Shown here piece after piece: positions 1-10,109 of a DNA stretch of 64,000 nt. Location of the stretch: positions 160,001 to 224,000 of the forward strand of contig JAHPZA010000010.1 of NCBI GenBank assembly GCA_019058445.1. The letters are read 5' to 3'. This DNA comes from Promethearchaeota archaeon (GTDB lineage: Archaea > Asgardarchaeota > Lokiarchaeia > Sigyniarchaeales > SOKP01). The position numbers and the translations under genes are program-made. The notes below the pieces were generated by a model. It was not told the origin of the DNA. It searched no databases and saw nothing but the letters and a program-made list of their open reading frames with translations. The stretch's first letter is position 1, and each line of letters starts with the position of its first letter.

Positions 1-1
1 A

Positions 2-940
2 TTAAACTCTATCTCATTTTCAATATTAATGACTAATTATAATAATGCCGAATATATTGAAGAAGCAATAGAAAGTGTAATTTCTCAAACTTATTCAAAC
101 TGGGAATTAATTATTGTTGATGATTTTTCCTATGATAATTCAATCAAGAAGATTAAATCATATTTAAGTGATAGTAGAATTAAATTAATTATCCATAATG
201 AAAATATGGGTTATGGAAAAGCACTAATAACTGCCATCGATAAAGCCTCTAACCTTATAATTGGAATTCTTGACTCGGATGATAAACTTGATAGAAACAC
301 TTTAAAATTATTTGCTGAAGCATATCAAAAAAATCCTGAATTTGGTTTCATATATAGCAATTTATGGGTATGTGATTCAAAATTACAGAATCCTAAAATC
401 AATATTCAATTTGGAGATATTGATCCTAAAAAAACTAACCTTTTAGAAAGAAGAACTTCACATTTTAAAACTTTCAGAAGAGAGCTTTATTACAAAACGA
501 ATGGATTCGATCCAAATCAGTCTACCTGTGTGGATGCTGATATTATTTTTAAATTAGAAGAAATCACTAAATTAAAATATATTGATAAGCCCTTATACTA
601 TTATAGGGTACACCAAAAAGGAGTATCAAGAAAATATTTTTTTAATAATCAACTTGAAGATTATATATCAAAACTAAATGCTTTTAATAGAAGATTAAAT
701 ACAAATATACCAAATTTAAAAATTAGTGATCTTAAAAAATTATATTACAAGTTAACATTTTTTAAAATAATTAAATTTTGTAAAACAACGAAAAACTTCT
801 TCAAATTATATAGAATTAAAGATTCAATTAAAAATATAAAGAAAAAAACTCCAGCTTTTTTAATATACCAAATCACTGAAAAATATAAATCCTTAAAAAA
901 GAAATATTTATATTGGTTCGAATTTAAAAAAGTTCTTTAG
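2..940 (+). CDS. Glycosyltransferase family 2 (5' end probably outside the window)
   Basis: Motifs SILMTNYN..EYIEEAIESV, IIVDDFSYD, LDSDD and LYYYRVH. The frame is open from base 2 (LNSISFSIL-MTNYN), so the first GT-A strand lies upstream of the ATG at 29. Confidence 0.9.
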   Translation, partial: LNSISFSILMTNYNNAEYIEEAIESVISQTYSNWELIIVDDFSYDNSIKKIKSYLSDSRIKLIIHNENMGYGKALITAIDKASNLIIGILDSDDKLDRNTLKLFAEAYQKNPEFGFIYSNLWVCDSKLQNPKINIQFGDIDPKKTNLLERRTSHFKTFRRELYYKTNGFDPNQSTCVDADIIFKLEEITKLKYIDKPLYYYRVHQKGVSRKYFFNNQLEDYISKLNAFNRRLNTNIPNLKISDLKKLYYKLTFFKIIKFCKTTKNFFKLYRIKDSIKNIKKKTPAFLIYQITEKYKSLKKKYLYWFEFKKVL

Positions 941-964
941 AATTTTAATTTTTAATTATAATAA

Positions 965-1654
965 TTAATTATACTGTTGTTTAATACTCCAATTTTCCCA
1001 TATAAATTTATATTGATAAGTCAAATAATGAGTCTTTCTTAACATTTTTTGTATTTTAATCATTCTGGTTTCTGCATTTGCTATAAAATCATGAAATTGG
1101 ATTTGAATATTGTTAATTTTTGTTATTTCCCCAGAATTAATCAAATCTTCTAGTAAATCATATTCCCCTCCCTCAATATTAATTTTCATCAAATCTATTT
1201 CATTTATATCGTGTTCTTTTATAAAATTTACTGCTCTTACTATTTGACTATTTCGATATTCTTTCCCACCTTTTAAAAAAGAAGATCTATCATTATTTAA
1301 AGATATTTTAGCATTTTTAGTACTATTTCCTAATCCAAATTTAAAAATACGAATTTTTTCATTTCTAGAAAATCTTTTTTCAATATTATTAGCATATTCT
1401 GGAATCGGCTCAAAAACATAAATTCTACAGGAATATTTAGAAAAAATATCACTAGCCCATTGCCCTTCATACCCACCTATGTCGAATACTAAGGAATCTT
1501 CATCTAAATCGTACTCCAATCGAAGAAATTTATCTCGGTTAGCATTTAACCATTGATGAAGGACAATTTGCTTTTCCGTTTGAAAATATTTAGAAATTAT
1601 GAAATTACATAAGAATATAATTTTCTTTAGTAATCTAAGAATTAGTTTGCGCAT
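965..1654 (-). CDS. FkbM-family SAM-dependent methyltransferase
   Basis: Motifs VFDIGGYEG, VFEP, LMKINIEGGEY and IQIQFH. Confidence 0.88.
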   Translation of the reverse strand: MRKLILRLLKKIIFLCNFIISKYFQTEKQIVLHQWLNANRDKFLRLEYDLDEDSLVFDIGGYEGQWASDIFSKYSCRIYVFEPIPEYANNIEKRFSRNEKIRIFKFGLGNSTKNAKISLNNDRSSFLKGGKEYRNSQIVRAVNFIKEHDINEIDLMKINIEGGEYDLLEDLINSGEITKINNIQIQFHDFIANAETRMIKIQKMLRKTHYLTYQYKFIWENWSIKQQYN

Positions 1655-1869
1655 TATATAATTATGATAATCAAAAAATATTATATAATAATTTTATAGT
1701 TTATAATTTAAAATTCTTAAATAAGGTTTATCTAGTTTAATCACTAAATCATAGAGCAATAAACAAAAACGTAGTAAGAAGATATGTATAATATGGATAT
1801 TTTTTAGGGGATTTGAAAATCATAATTTAAAACAACAAAATTTATGAAATTAAAACATTTAATTATCTT

Positions 1870-2703
1870 ATGTTAAAAAGAAATGCGATAAAAAGATATA
1901 CCAGACAAATATTAGCAATGATAGAAAAAAATTTATATCTCGAATTACGGATTAAGACCGAATTCATTTATCGTTTTCTAATACCTATTATTGAGCTAAT
2001 TTTATATGTGTTCCTATTCGGGGCGATATTTAAAGCCAGAGAAGGTTATAGTTTAGGTTACTGGAATTCAAGTAATTTTATACTTTTTTTACTTATTGCC
2101 TTTTGTGTCCAATTCTCAAAACCTATTGTCGCCCGATACAGACAGTTATTTATAGGAGAAAAATACTGGAAAACATTAAGCGCTATTATGGTTGCTCCAG
2201 TTAATCGTTTTACTTTACTTTTAGGAGTATTAATTTCAGAATTAGTTTTAATTAGTGTACCTTTCTCCATCGTCTTAATAATTGCATTTATACTTTTTCC
2301 CATATCATTAATTAATTTTATTTTAATTTTATTAATCTTTTTTTCAATTTTTTTAATATTTGGATCTATTGGGTTAATTCAAGGTGCTTTTGCAATTTCT
2401 CACGAGGAGTATATTACATATTTCGGTTTATGTTTAAGATTTATTTTCTTGTTTAGCTGTACTAATTTTCCTAAAGAGATATTTCCTGAAATTTTTCAGT
2501 CTATTGCAGTTTTAAATCCCTTTTATTATGTTTTTGATTTATTAAGACTTACTTGGTATTTAGGAATTGATTATGATGTTGCAATTGCTCTTATCTCGCC
2601 AATTCATATCATTATACTCGTATTATTCACAATCTTATCACCAATTATTTCTGTTTATCTCTTTAATAGAGTGTACAATAAATATGGTATTACAGGATAT
2701 TAA
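1870..2703 (+). CDS. ABC-2 type exporter permease
   Basis: About 6 TM segments, EKYWKTLSAIMVAPV and LNPFYY motifs; immediately upstream of an ABC ATPase. Confidence 0.85.
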   Translation: MLKRNAIKRYTRQILAMIEKNLYLELRIKTEFIYRFLIPIIELILYVFLFGAIFKAREGYSLGYWNSSNFILFLLIAFCVQFSKPIVARYRQLFIGEKYWKTLSAIMVAPVNRFTLLLGVLISELVLISVPFSIVLIIAFILFPISLINFILILLIFFSIFLIFGSIGLIQGAFAISHEEYITYFGLCLRFIFLFSCTNFPKEIFPEIFQSIAVLNPFYYVFDLLRLTWYLGIDYDVAIALISPIHIIILVLFTILSPIISVYLFNRVYNKYGITGY

Positions 2704-2726
2704 TGAAAAACTAAGGAGAAAAAATA

Positions 2727-3653
2727 TTGTCTGATAATGATGGATATAGTATTGAAACGTTTAACTTAAGTAAAATATATGACCTAAAAGGAAGAAAGAA
2801 AACTATCACTGCTTTAAATAATATTAGTCTGAAAATTAAAAGTGACGAAATTTTTGGATTACTTGGTCCTAATGGGGCTGGAAAAACAACGTTTGTGTCG
2901 ATTTTAACCACATTGATTCATCCTACAAGCGGTTATGCAACAATTTTGGGACATGATGTAGTAAAAGAATCTTGGTTTGTAAGAGAGAATGTAGGTTTAA
3001 TGTTAGGAGGAGAAATGATATATCATAGACTATCTGGTTATAGAAATTTAAAATTTTTTTGTAAACTTTATGGAATCAAGGATTATAAAACAAAAATAAA
3101 TTCAATAATGGAAAAATTGAATCTAACTAAATGGTTACATCAATATGTTTCAAGTTATTCTAAAGGAATGAAACTAAAGTTGGCATTAGCAAGAGTGTTA
3201 TTAACAGAGCCAAAAATTTTATTTTTAGATGAGCCGATGTTAGGATTAGATCCTAAAGCAGTACAAGAGGTTATGAATATTTTAAAAAGCTTAAAGATTA
3301 CAATTCTTCTAACTTCTCATCAAATGGATGTAGTCTCAAAATTATGTAATCGCGTCGCATTTCTTAAAGAGGGGAATATCTTGAAAATTGATACTCAAGA
3401 AAATTTCCAAAAGTTAATAACTGATAAAGTGAATATTAGTTTACGAATATCTAGGGATAAAAATAATTTTATTCGAGCACTATATTCCTTAGATTTTGTC
3501 GATCAAATCCAAGGGGATGAAAGTGACATTAGATTTACAATTAAAAATGAAAATTATTACCCCGAACTGTTTAATTTCCTAAAAGATTATCCTATAACAA
3601 ATATTATGGAAATTAAACCGTCTTTGGAAGATGTGTTTATAAAGTTAACTTAA
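2727..3653 (+). CDS. ABC transporter ATP-binding protein (DrrA/CcmA-like)
   Basis: Walker A GPNGAGKT, signature YSKGMK, Walker B LFLDEP, H-loop TSH, C-terminal PSLEDVF. TTG start with AGGAG upstream. Confidence 0.95.
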   Translation: MSDNDGYSIETFNLSKIYDLKGRKKTITALNNISLKIKSDEIFGLLGPNGAGKTTFVSILTTLIHPTSGYATILGHDVVKESWFVRENVGLMLGGEMIYHRLSGYRNLKFFCKLYGIKDYKTKINSIMEKLNLTKWLHQYVSSYSKGMKLKLALARVLLTEPKILFLDEPMLGLDPKAVQEVMNILKSLKITILLTSHQMDVVSKLCNRVAFLKEGNILKIDTQENFQKLITDKVNISLRISRDKNNFIRALYSLDFVDQIQGDESDIRFTIKNENYYPELFNFLKDYPITNIMEIKPSLEDVFIKLT

Positions 3654-4583
3654 TAAATTTTTAGCTTTTTCTATGATATTTTCAATATTTAGACCATATT
3701 CTTTTAATACCTCATTTCTTGTTCCAGATTGACAATAAGAGTTATCAACCCCAATAATTTTCATTTTAATTGGATATCTCTCAGAAAAAATTCTTGCCAC
3801 TATACTACCCACTCCACAATAAATATTGTGTTCTTCAATTATTATTACTCCTTTAACATTTTTAACTTCATTAATAAGTTTTTCTTCATCTATGGGTTTA
3901 ATAGTAGATAGATTAATGACTTTTACAGTACAATTTAACTCGTTTTCAATTTCTAAAGCAGATTTCAGGCTCAATATTGTGCCATATCCTGTTCCTATAA
4001 AGCAGATGTCCTTTCCTTTTTTGACGACATCTGGTTTTCTCATTGTGAAGTGATAGTTCTTATTATGCACATTAGTAGATGATTCTCGTGGTATTCTAAT
4101 ATAAAATGGACCTTCATTCTTTAGAGCAAAATCTAACATTTGAACTAGTTCTAAATTATCGACAGGTATTAAAACATTTAAATTTGGGAGTGTGGCCATT
4201 ATACTTAAATCTTCTAATGCATTATGAGTGCTTCCATCTTCTCCTACTATCCCTCCATGTGTGGTAATTATTTTAACATTTAAATTATCATGGCACGCCA
4301 TTCTTATAAACTCCCACGCTCGTCCGGAAGTAAATATAGAAAAACCGCTTACAATAGGAATTTTTCCTGAAATTGCGAATCCCATTGCAGTTCCCAGCAT
4401 ATTTTGCTCGGCAATACCCATATTAAAAAATCTTTTAGGATATTTTTTAGCAAATAAATTCGTTCTTGTTGATGTTGATAAATCACAATCCAAAACTACC
4501 ATATCTTTGTATTTATCTCCTATATTATGTAAATATTTTCCAAAAGCGTCGCGCATATTAATTTCTTCCAGTTTAAGAAACAC
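3645..4583 (-). CDS. tkt: Transketolase, C-terminal (pyrimidine-binding) subunit
   Basis: Motifs GIAEQNM, GEDGSTH, GPFYIR and IEEH. The listed GTG lies within an AGGTG SD motif, so the true start is probably slightly downstream. Confidence 0.93.
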   Translation of the reverse strand: MFLKLEEINMRDAFGKYLHNIGDKYKDMVVLDCDLSTSTRTNLFAKKYPKRFFNMGIAEQNMLGTAMGFAISGKIPIVSGFSIFTSGRAWEFIRMACHDNLNVKIITTHGGIVGEDGSTHNALEDLSIMATLPNLNVLIPVDNLELVQMLDFALKNEGPFYIRIPRESSTNVHNKNYHFTMRKPDVVKKGKDICFIGTGYGTILSLKSALEIENELNCTVKVINLSTIKPIDEEKLINEVKNVKGVIIIEEHNIYCGVGSIVARIFSERYPIKMKIIGVDNSYCQSGTRNEVLKEYGLNIENIIEKAKNLLS

Positions 4584-5427
4584 CTATTTTTTTCTCAATT
4601 TCTTCAATTTCTTTTATTGCATTTTCATATTCTTCCTTATTTGGGGCACGGCCATGATATTTACTACTATGTTCCATAAATGAAATGTCAGAACCTTTCA
4701 CAAGATATGAAATAATAACAGTTGGTTTCCTTATAGTTTTTTTAGATTTTTGAAATCCACCAATTATTTCTCTAATATTTGAACCATCCACCTCAATAAC
4801 ATCCCATCCAAATGCATCCCATTTATTTGCTAATGGCTCTAAACCCATAATTTCTTCAGTAAAACCATCTGATTGAATTCCATTTCTATCGACAATAGCA
4901 ATTAAATTATCGAGATTGTAGTGAGATGCGGCCATTGCAGCTTCCCATATTGATCCTTCATTCAATTCGCCATCTCCAAGTAGAACATAGATTAATTTAT
5001 CCTTTTTTTTATCTAATTTGGCTGAAAGCGCACATCCAACGCCAATTGATAAACCCATTCCTAAAGAACCCGTAGTAATTTCAATTCCTAATTGATCATT
5101 TTTTACGGGATGTCCCTGCAATTTCGAGTTAACTTTTCTTAATGTAGTTAATTCTTCCTTAGTGATAAGACCAATTTTTGATAAGACAGAATATAAAGCA
5201 GGAGCGGCATGCCCTTTACTTAAAATAAAAATGTCCCTTTCATCCCATTTAGGATTTTTAGGATTAAATTTCATAATTTTCTTATAAAGAAGATAAATTA
5301 AAGTAGCACAGGATAAAGAACCCCCAGGATGCCCTGACTGTGCTAGATAAATCATTTTTAAGATATTTTTTTTAATATCTAAAATATCTAATAATAAATC
5401 GCTTTCTTCAGCTTCATTAATTACCAT
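4573..5427 (-). CDS. tkt: Transketolase, N-terminal (TPP-binding) subunit
   Basis: Motifs SGHPGGSLS, LSKGHA, LQGHP, TGSLGMG and GDGELNEG. Confidence 0.95.
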   Translation of the reverse strand: MVINEAEESDLLLDILDIKKNILKMIYLAQSGHPGGSLSCATLIYLLYKKIMKFNPKNPKWDERDIFILSKGHAAPALYSVLSKIGLITKEELTTLRKVNSKLQGHPVKNDQLGIEITTGSLGMGLSIGVGCALSAKLDKKKDKLIYVLLGDGELNEGSIWEAAMAASHYNLDNLIAIVDRNGIQSDGFTEEIMGLEPLANKWDAFGWDVIEVDGSNIREIIGGFQKSKKTIRKPTVIISYLVKGSDISFMEHSSKYHGRAPNKEEYENAIKEIEEIEKKIGVS

Positions 5428-5450
5428 TTTCTAGTATAAAAATTATTTAT

Positions 5451-6446
5451 TTATTCATTAAACTGAGATGTAACATATTTGATTAGTTTTTCTGAATTAT
5501 AGAATTCTACTGGAGGCAAAACAGCAGAAAAAGTTGCACCATAAAGTGCTAATCTAGCGGCTTCTAAATAAGGGATTTTGGATGCAAATGCCAAGCCTAA
5601 TATGGCCATTAGGCAACTTCCTACAGCAACATAACTCCTAACGGGTTGATTTAAAATGGAATCAAATTTTTCTAATCTTTCAGAATCTTTATTATATAAA
5701 TAGGAAATTGATTCAATGTCGTTTAATAGGACATTTTTACATTTTGTTGTGCTTAATATTTTTTTGGCAACTATGGAAATGCTAGTTTCATTACAACAAT
5801 CAATTGATAATGTACCCAGAGCTTTCTGAAGTGTCATTTTAATTAAATCAACATCCTCGTATATATAATAATTAGATAAATTAGGTCGAGCTAATATTGG
5901 GATATTCACATAAGTTTCTTTTAAAACATTAATTAAATTTTGAATAAGAGAATCTTCGAATAGACCCCCTATTCCATAATCTAAAATAAGGATGGCTCCT
6001 AATTCTTTAGGTCTCGATTTTATTACATTTAAAAACTTCTTAATTAAAGATTCGGAAAAATCACTTGAATAATCAGTTTCTAATCTAAGAACATGCTGAT
6101 TCATTGCTTTTATTCTGGTAATTTGAGGTGTAGCTATCTTATCATCTATGATTATTCCCGAAGAATCAATATTTAATTCTTTTATTTTTTTAAAGAAAAA
6201 ATCTCCTTCATAATCATTACCAATTATGGTACAAACTTCTGGAATTCCTCCTAATGACTTTATATATTTTATTACTAATCCAATGCCACCTAAGTAGGAA
6301 AAATTTTCTTCTATTTTTATGTTTGGGACCGGAGCGTCAGGAGAAATTTTATCTGCAAGACCTTTTATGTAATTATCTATTAATGCTTCACCAATAATTA
6401 GGATTCTTTTTCCATTCCAGGTTTTTACTATATCAGCGATTTCCAT
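5451..6446 (-). CDS. RfaE/HldA domain-I (PfkB family) heptose-kinase-like protein with a degenerate active site
   Basis: IGEALID, KISPDAPVP, QHVLRLE and LDYGIG match RfaE-I. The PfkB DVTGAGD motif reads SYVAVGS. Confidence 0.8.
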   Translation of the reverse strand: MEIADIVKTWNGKRILIIGEALIDNYIKGLADKISPDAPVPNIKIEENFSYLGGIGLVIKYIKSLGGIPEVCTIIGNDYEGDFFFKKIKELNIDSSGIIIDDKIATPQITRIKAMNQHVLRLETDYSSDFSESLIKKFLNVIKSRPKELGAILILDYGIGGLFEDSLIQNLINVLKETYVNIPILARPNLSNYYIYEDVDLIKMTLQKALGTLSIDCCNETSISIVAKKILSTTKCKNVLLNDIESISYLYNKDSERLEKFDSILNQPVRSYVAVGSCLMAILGLAFASKIPYLEAARLALYGATFSAVLPPVEFYNSEKLIKYVTSQFNE

Positions 6447-6617
6447 TTTTATATTGTATGAATGAAAAATATCGTTTTTACTTTGTAATATTTATTTTAT
6501 TATTTTATCTTAAAAGATGATTATAATTATATGTCGTATCATAATAATCTTTTTTGGATTTACTGGTTTATTTAAAATGTAATCTCTATCTTAATCATAG
6601 TTTCCCTATTAACTTTT

Positions 6618-7244
6618 TTAATCTATATTTTTTAATTTTTTAATAATAAGATTAGGATCTTTAGCCTTCAGAATTGTACTCGAACTACATAATATATCTA
6701 CATTTTTTAATGTTTTCGCATTATTAAGATTAATTCCACCATCAACACTTATTTCAAATTGATATTCTTTTTTATAACGAGCTAATAAATTAATTTTTTT
6801 TATTACATCTGGAATGAATTTTTGTCCAGACCAACCAGGATGGACAGACATTACTAAAATTTGGTCTATATCTTTTAAAAATGGCGTAATTTCAGAGATT
6901 TCAGTCTCTGGATTAATTACTAATCCCACTTTTTTATTAAAAATTTTAACCTTATCAATTGTATTCTTTATATCATTCTCTGCCTCAAAATGAAAGAGTA
7001 TAATATCAGCGAAATTAATGATTTTATCAATATAATCATGTGGATTATTAACCATCAGATGTGCAACAAGTGGTACACTTGTATTCTCCTTTAATATACG
7101 AAAAGTCTCGAGATTTAGATTCGTATTATTTACAAACTTACCATCCATAACATCCACATGGATAAAATCAATATAATTCAATCCCTTAATTATAGCAACG
7201 TCAAAATTCTCAACAGCGTGGAGTGCAACAGCAACTTTCTTCAT
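6618..7244 (-). CDS. rpe: Ribulose-phosphate 3-epimerase
   Basis: Motifs HVDVMDGKFV, HLMV, NPET, MSVHPGWSGQKF and VDGGI. Confidence 0.95.
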   Translation of the reverse strand: MKKVAVALHAVENFDVAIIKGLNYIDFIHVDVMDGKFVNNTNLNLETFRILKENTSVPLVAHLMVNNPHDYIDKIINFADIILFHFEAENDIKNTIDKVKIFNKKVGLVINPETEISEITPFLKDIDQILVMSVHPGWSGQKFIPDVIKKINLLARYKKEYQFEISVDGGINLNNAKTLKNVDILCSSSTILKAKDPNLIIKKLKNID

Positions 7245-7251
7245 CTTATTC

Positions 7252-7824
7252 TTATCCGTATAGTTCTTTTTCGACTAAATAACAAATTATATGTCCAACA
7301 GTTATATGGCCCTCCTGAATTCTTGGAGTGTCTGTTGATGGTATCTTTAAACAATAATCAGCAATTTTTTCAATTTCATTTTCTCTTTCACCTGTAAAAC
7401 CTATAGTAATAGCTTCCTTTTCCCTTGCTTTTTGTAATCCTTTAATAACATTGGGCGAGTTTCCTGAAGTACTTATTCCAATAACAACATCGCCTTTGTT
7501 AACGAATGCAGCAACCTGCCTTTCAAAAATTTTATCATAACCAAAATCATTGGCAGTAGCAGTAATTACAGAAGTATTAGTATGAAATGCTAAAGCTGGA
7601 AGTGATTCACGGTTTTTATAAAATTTGCCAACAAATTCCGCTGCTATATGCTGAGCATCAGCCGCACTGCCACCATTACCAAATAGAATCATTTTATTAT
7701 GATTTTTATATGCGCTAATAATAATATTTGAAATTTTTAATATGAGGGATGACAAGTCTTTAATCCTTGTAATAACTTTTATAGTATTTTCTAAACTCGT
7801 AATAATCTCGTTTTCCATTATCAT
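7252..7824 (-). CDS. gmhA: D-sedoheptulose-7-phosphate isomerase
   Basis: Motifs GNGGSAADAQHIAAE, ANDFGY, ISTSGNS and RIQEGH. Confidence 0.96.
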   Translation of the reverse strand: MIMENEIITSLENTIKVITRIKDLSSLILKISNIIISAYKNHNKMILFGNGGSAADAQHIAAEFVGKFYKNRESLPALAFHTNTSVITATANDFGYDKIFERQVAAFVNKGDVVIGISTSGNSPNVIKGLQKAREKEAITIGFTGERENEIEKIADYCLKIPSTDTPRIQEGHITVGHIICYLVEKELYG

Positions 7825-7863
7825 TATTTACTCAATATTTTGTATATTTTAAATTTCATTAAT

Positions 7864-8877
7864 TTAATCATTAACTTTCCAAACTTCGAGACCATTTGGG
7901 TAAAAGTGAAAATTAACGATAATACCCCCAATTTTTTCTAATTCTTGAATTACTAGATATTTTTTACTTGGTTGAGAAAACAATAATAAATGTCCACCAC
8001 CTCCAGCACCTAATAATTTCCCTCCAATAACCCCAAATCTTCTTGAAAGTAGATAAAAATTCTCAACATTTTTATTAGATATTTTCGAGCTTAGACTTTT
8101 TTTAGCCATCCATCCTGTATGTAAAAGCTCTCCAAATTCATTTAATTTCATTACACTATGAGATTCAATAATAGCTTTCATTGAAGTGGCAACGTCTTTT
8201 AAATCTTGCATAGCTTCCATATAAGATTTTTTTTCAATTTCATACCCTTTTAATACTTCATGCTGTATTTCTGAAGAAAAATGTGAGCCACCTACATAAC
8301 ACAAAATTAACCTATATTGTAATTCATTGTTAATTTCTTGGGTAGTATCGATGGGTGTAACTTTCACATTATCTCTAAATTCTATAAAATTAAACCCTCC
8401 GTATGCTGCTGCGAACTGGTCTTGATACCCTCCTTTTTGCTTTAATTCGATCCTTTCTATTTCATAGGCTTTTAAGGCAATTTCATGCCTATTAAGACCA
8501 AAATTATAATATTCATTAAATGCGCCTATAAGTGCTACTGATAATGAAGAGGATCCCCCCATACCAGACCCCGGTGGCAACTCAGAATAAGTTGTGATAT
8601 TAAATCCTTCCTTAATATTTAAAACATTAACTATTGCCTTAAATATTTCAAAATTTTCTTTGTAATTCCTATCACCAATTTCAAAAACTTCTGTGTTATT
8701 ATAATTAACAGAATAGACTTGTATTTTTTTATCTTTTCTTGGTTTAATTGTTACGTGTACATGTCGATCTATCGTGGTATTAATTACACAACCTCCATGT
8801 TCAATACAATATGGAGCCATATCAGTTCCCCCACCTCCAAAACTAACACGAAATGGTGCTTTTGAGCGGACTATCAT
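7864..8877 (-). CDS. hddA: D-glycero-alpha-D-manno-heptose-7-phosphate kinase (GHMP family)
   Basis: Motifs RSKAPFRVSFGGGGTD, PPGSGMGGSS, GGYQDQFAAAYGG and KLLGAGGGG; adjacent to gmhA. Confidence 0.9.
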   Translation of the reverse strand: MIVRSKAPFRVSFGGGGTDMAPYCIEHGGCVINTTIDRHVHVTIKPRKDKKIQVYSVNYNNTEVFEIGDRNYKENFEIFKAIVNVLNIKEGFNITTYSELPPGSGMGGSSSLSVALIGAFNEYYNFGLNRHEIALKAYEIERIELKQKGGYQDQFAAAYGGFNFIEFRDNVKVTPIDTTQEINNELQYRLILCYVGGSHFSSEIQHEVLKGYEIEKKSYMEAMQDLKDVATSMKAIIESHSVMKLNEFGELLHTGWMAKKSLSSKISNKNVENFYLLSRRFGVIGGKLLGAGGGGHLLLFSQPSKKYLVIQELEKIGGIIVNFHFYPNGLEVWKVND

Positions 8878-9024
8878 TTTATTTATTCATACCAAATGAT
8901 AATATTTTTTGATTAAATATTTTTAATTAGTTATATATTTTAATCAAATATTGTATGATTTACTAATTCTTTAATTTTTATTAACCATTTAGATAACTAC
9001 TAGAATTAAAATAATATTTTTAAA

Positions 9025-10080
9025 ATGGCTTCAAACGTACTAATTACTGGAGCAGCAGGCTTTATAGGATCACATTTGATTGATTTTTTAATTTCCAAAG
9101 ATTTTACTATCTACGGATTAGATCTACCAGGGAGTCATTTTAAAAATTTAGAGCATTACATTGTAGAAGATTATAATATCTCCCATGATAAAAGACTAAA
9201 AATTATGGGAAACAATATTCAAGTCCCTACTTATCATGATAATTTTAAAATTATTCAATGTAACTTAAATAATAAGAAATTATTAGAGGAACTAATCCAA
9301 AAAATTAACCCAAAATATATATTTCATCTTGGAGCTCAATCATTGATATTACCTTCATGGAAGGACCCAATTAATACAATTGAAGCGAATGTGATTGGTA
9401 CAATAAACATCTTTGAGCCTATAAAAAAATTCAATATTAAAACTAGAGTAATCCTACCAGGAACTGCGGCTGAATTTGGAACTTCTGCTAGTATAGGGCG
9501 TCCATTAAAGGAAACAGATCCATTATTAGCTGTGCATCCGTACGGAATAAGTAAAATTGCAGTAGAGCTTCTTGGCAGACAATATTTTCTTAATTTTGGA
9601 ATTGAATGCGTAATTGTGAGATTTTTTAATCAGACAGGTCCTCGAAAATCATCAGGGGCAGCTGCAGAATTTACAAAAAGAGTTGCTCAAATTGATTTAG
9701 GAATCGCAGAACCCATAATTAAAGTAGGTAATTTAGACTCATATCGTGATTTTACAGGGATAAAAGATACAATACAAGCCCTATGGTTGGCTGCAACTAA
9801 AGGAAAGCCAGGTGAAATATATCATGTATGCTCTGGAAAAAAGATTCATATTCGAACTTTACTGGAAATCGCATTAAGCTTTTCAAATAAGGAAATTGAT
9901 GTAGTGGAAATCACTTCAGATAAATTAAGAAAATCTGATGAAGATATTATAATTGGAGATAATTCAAAAATAAAAAATGAACTAGGATACAAAATTTCTC
10001 AAACAATTGAGGACGTACTTAAAGATATGTATGAATATTGGAAGCTTTACTATAAAAAAAATGGACTTTTAAATTCTTAA
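9025..10080 (+). CDS. GDP-sugar 4,6-dehydratase/reductase (GMD/RMD/DmhA-like extended SDR), copy 1
   Basis: Motifs GAAGFIG, GAQS, PYGISK (YxxxK), RFFNQTGP and VGNLDSYRDF. Confidence 0.85.
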   Translation: MASNVLITGAAGFIGSHLIDFLISKDFTIYGLDLPGSHFKNLEHYIVEDYNISHDKRLKIMGNNIQVPTYHDNFKIIQCNLNNKKLLEELIQKINPKYIFHLGAQSLILPSWKDPINTIEANVIGTINIFEPIKKFNIKTRVILPGTAAEFGTSASIGRPLKETDPLLAVHPYGISKIAVELLGRQYFLNFGIECVIVRFFNQTGPRKSSGAAAEFTKRVAQIDLGIAEPIIKVGNLDSYRDFTGIKDTIQALWLAATKGKPGEIYHVCSGKKIHIRTLLEIALSFSNKEIDVVEITSDKLRKSDEDIIIGDNSKIKNELGYKISQTIEDVLKDMYEYWKLYYKKNGLLNS

Positions 10081-10109
10081 GAATTAACAAGATGAATTAA
10101 TTACAAAAA

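Noticed and set aside
1870-3653. ABC pair as a Wzm/Wzt polysaccharide exporter
   Set aside because: The ATPase has DrrA/CcmA-type features (PTSG, PSLEDVF tail) rather than Wzt motifs; the substrate cannot be assigned.
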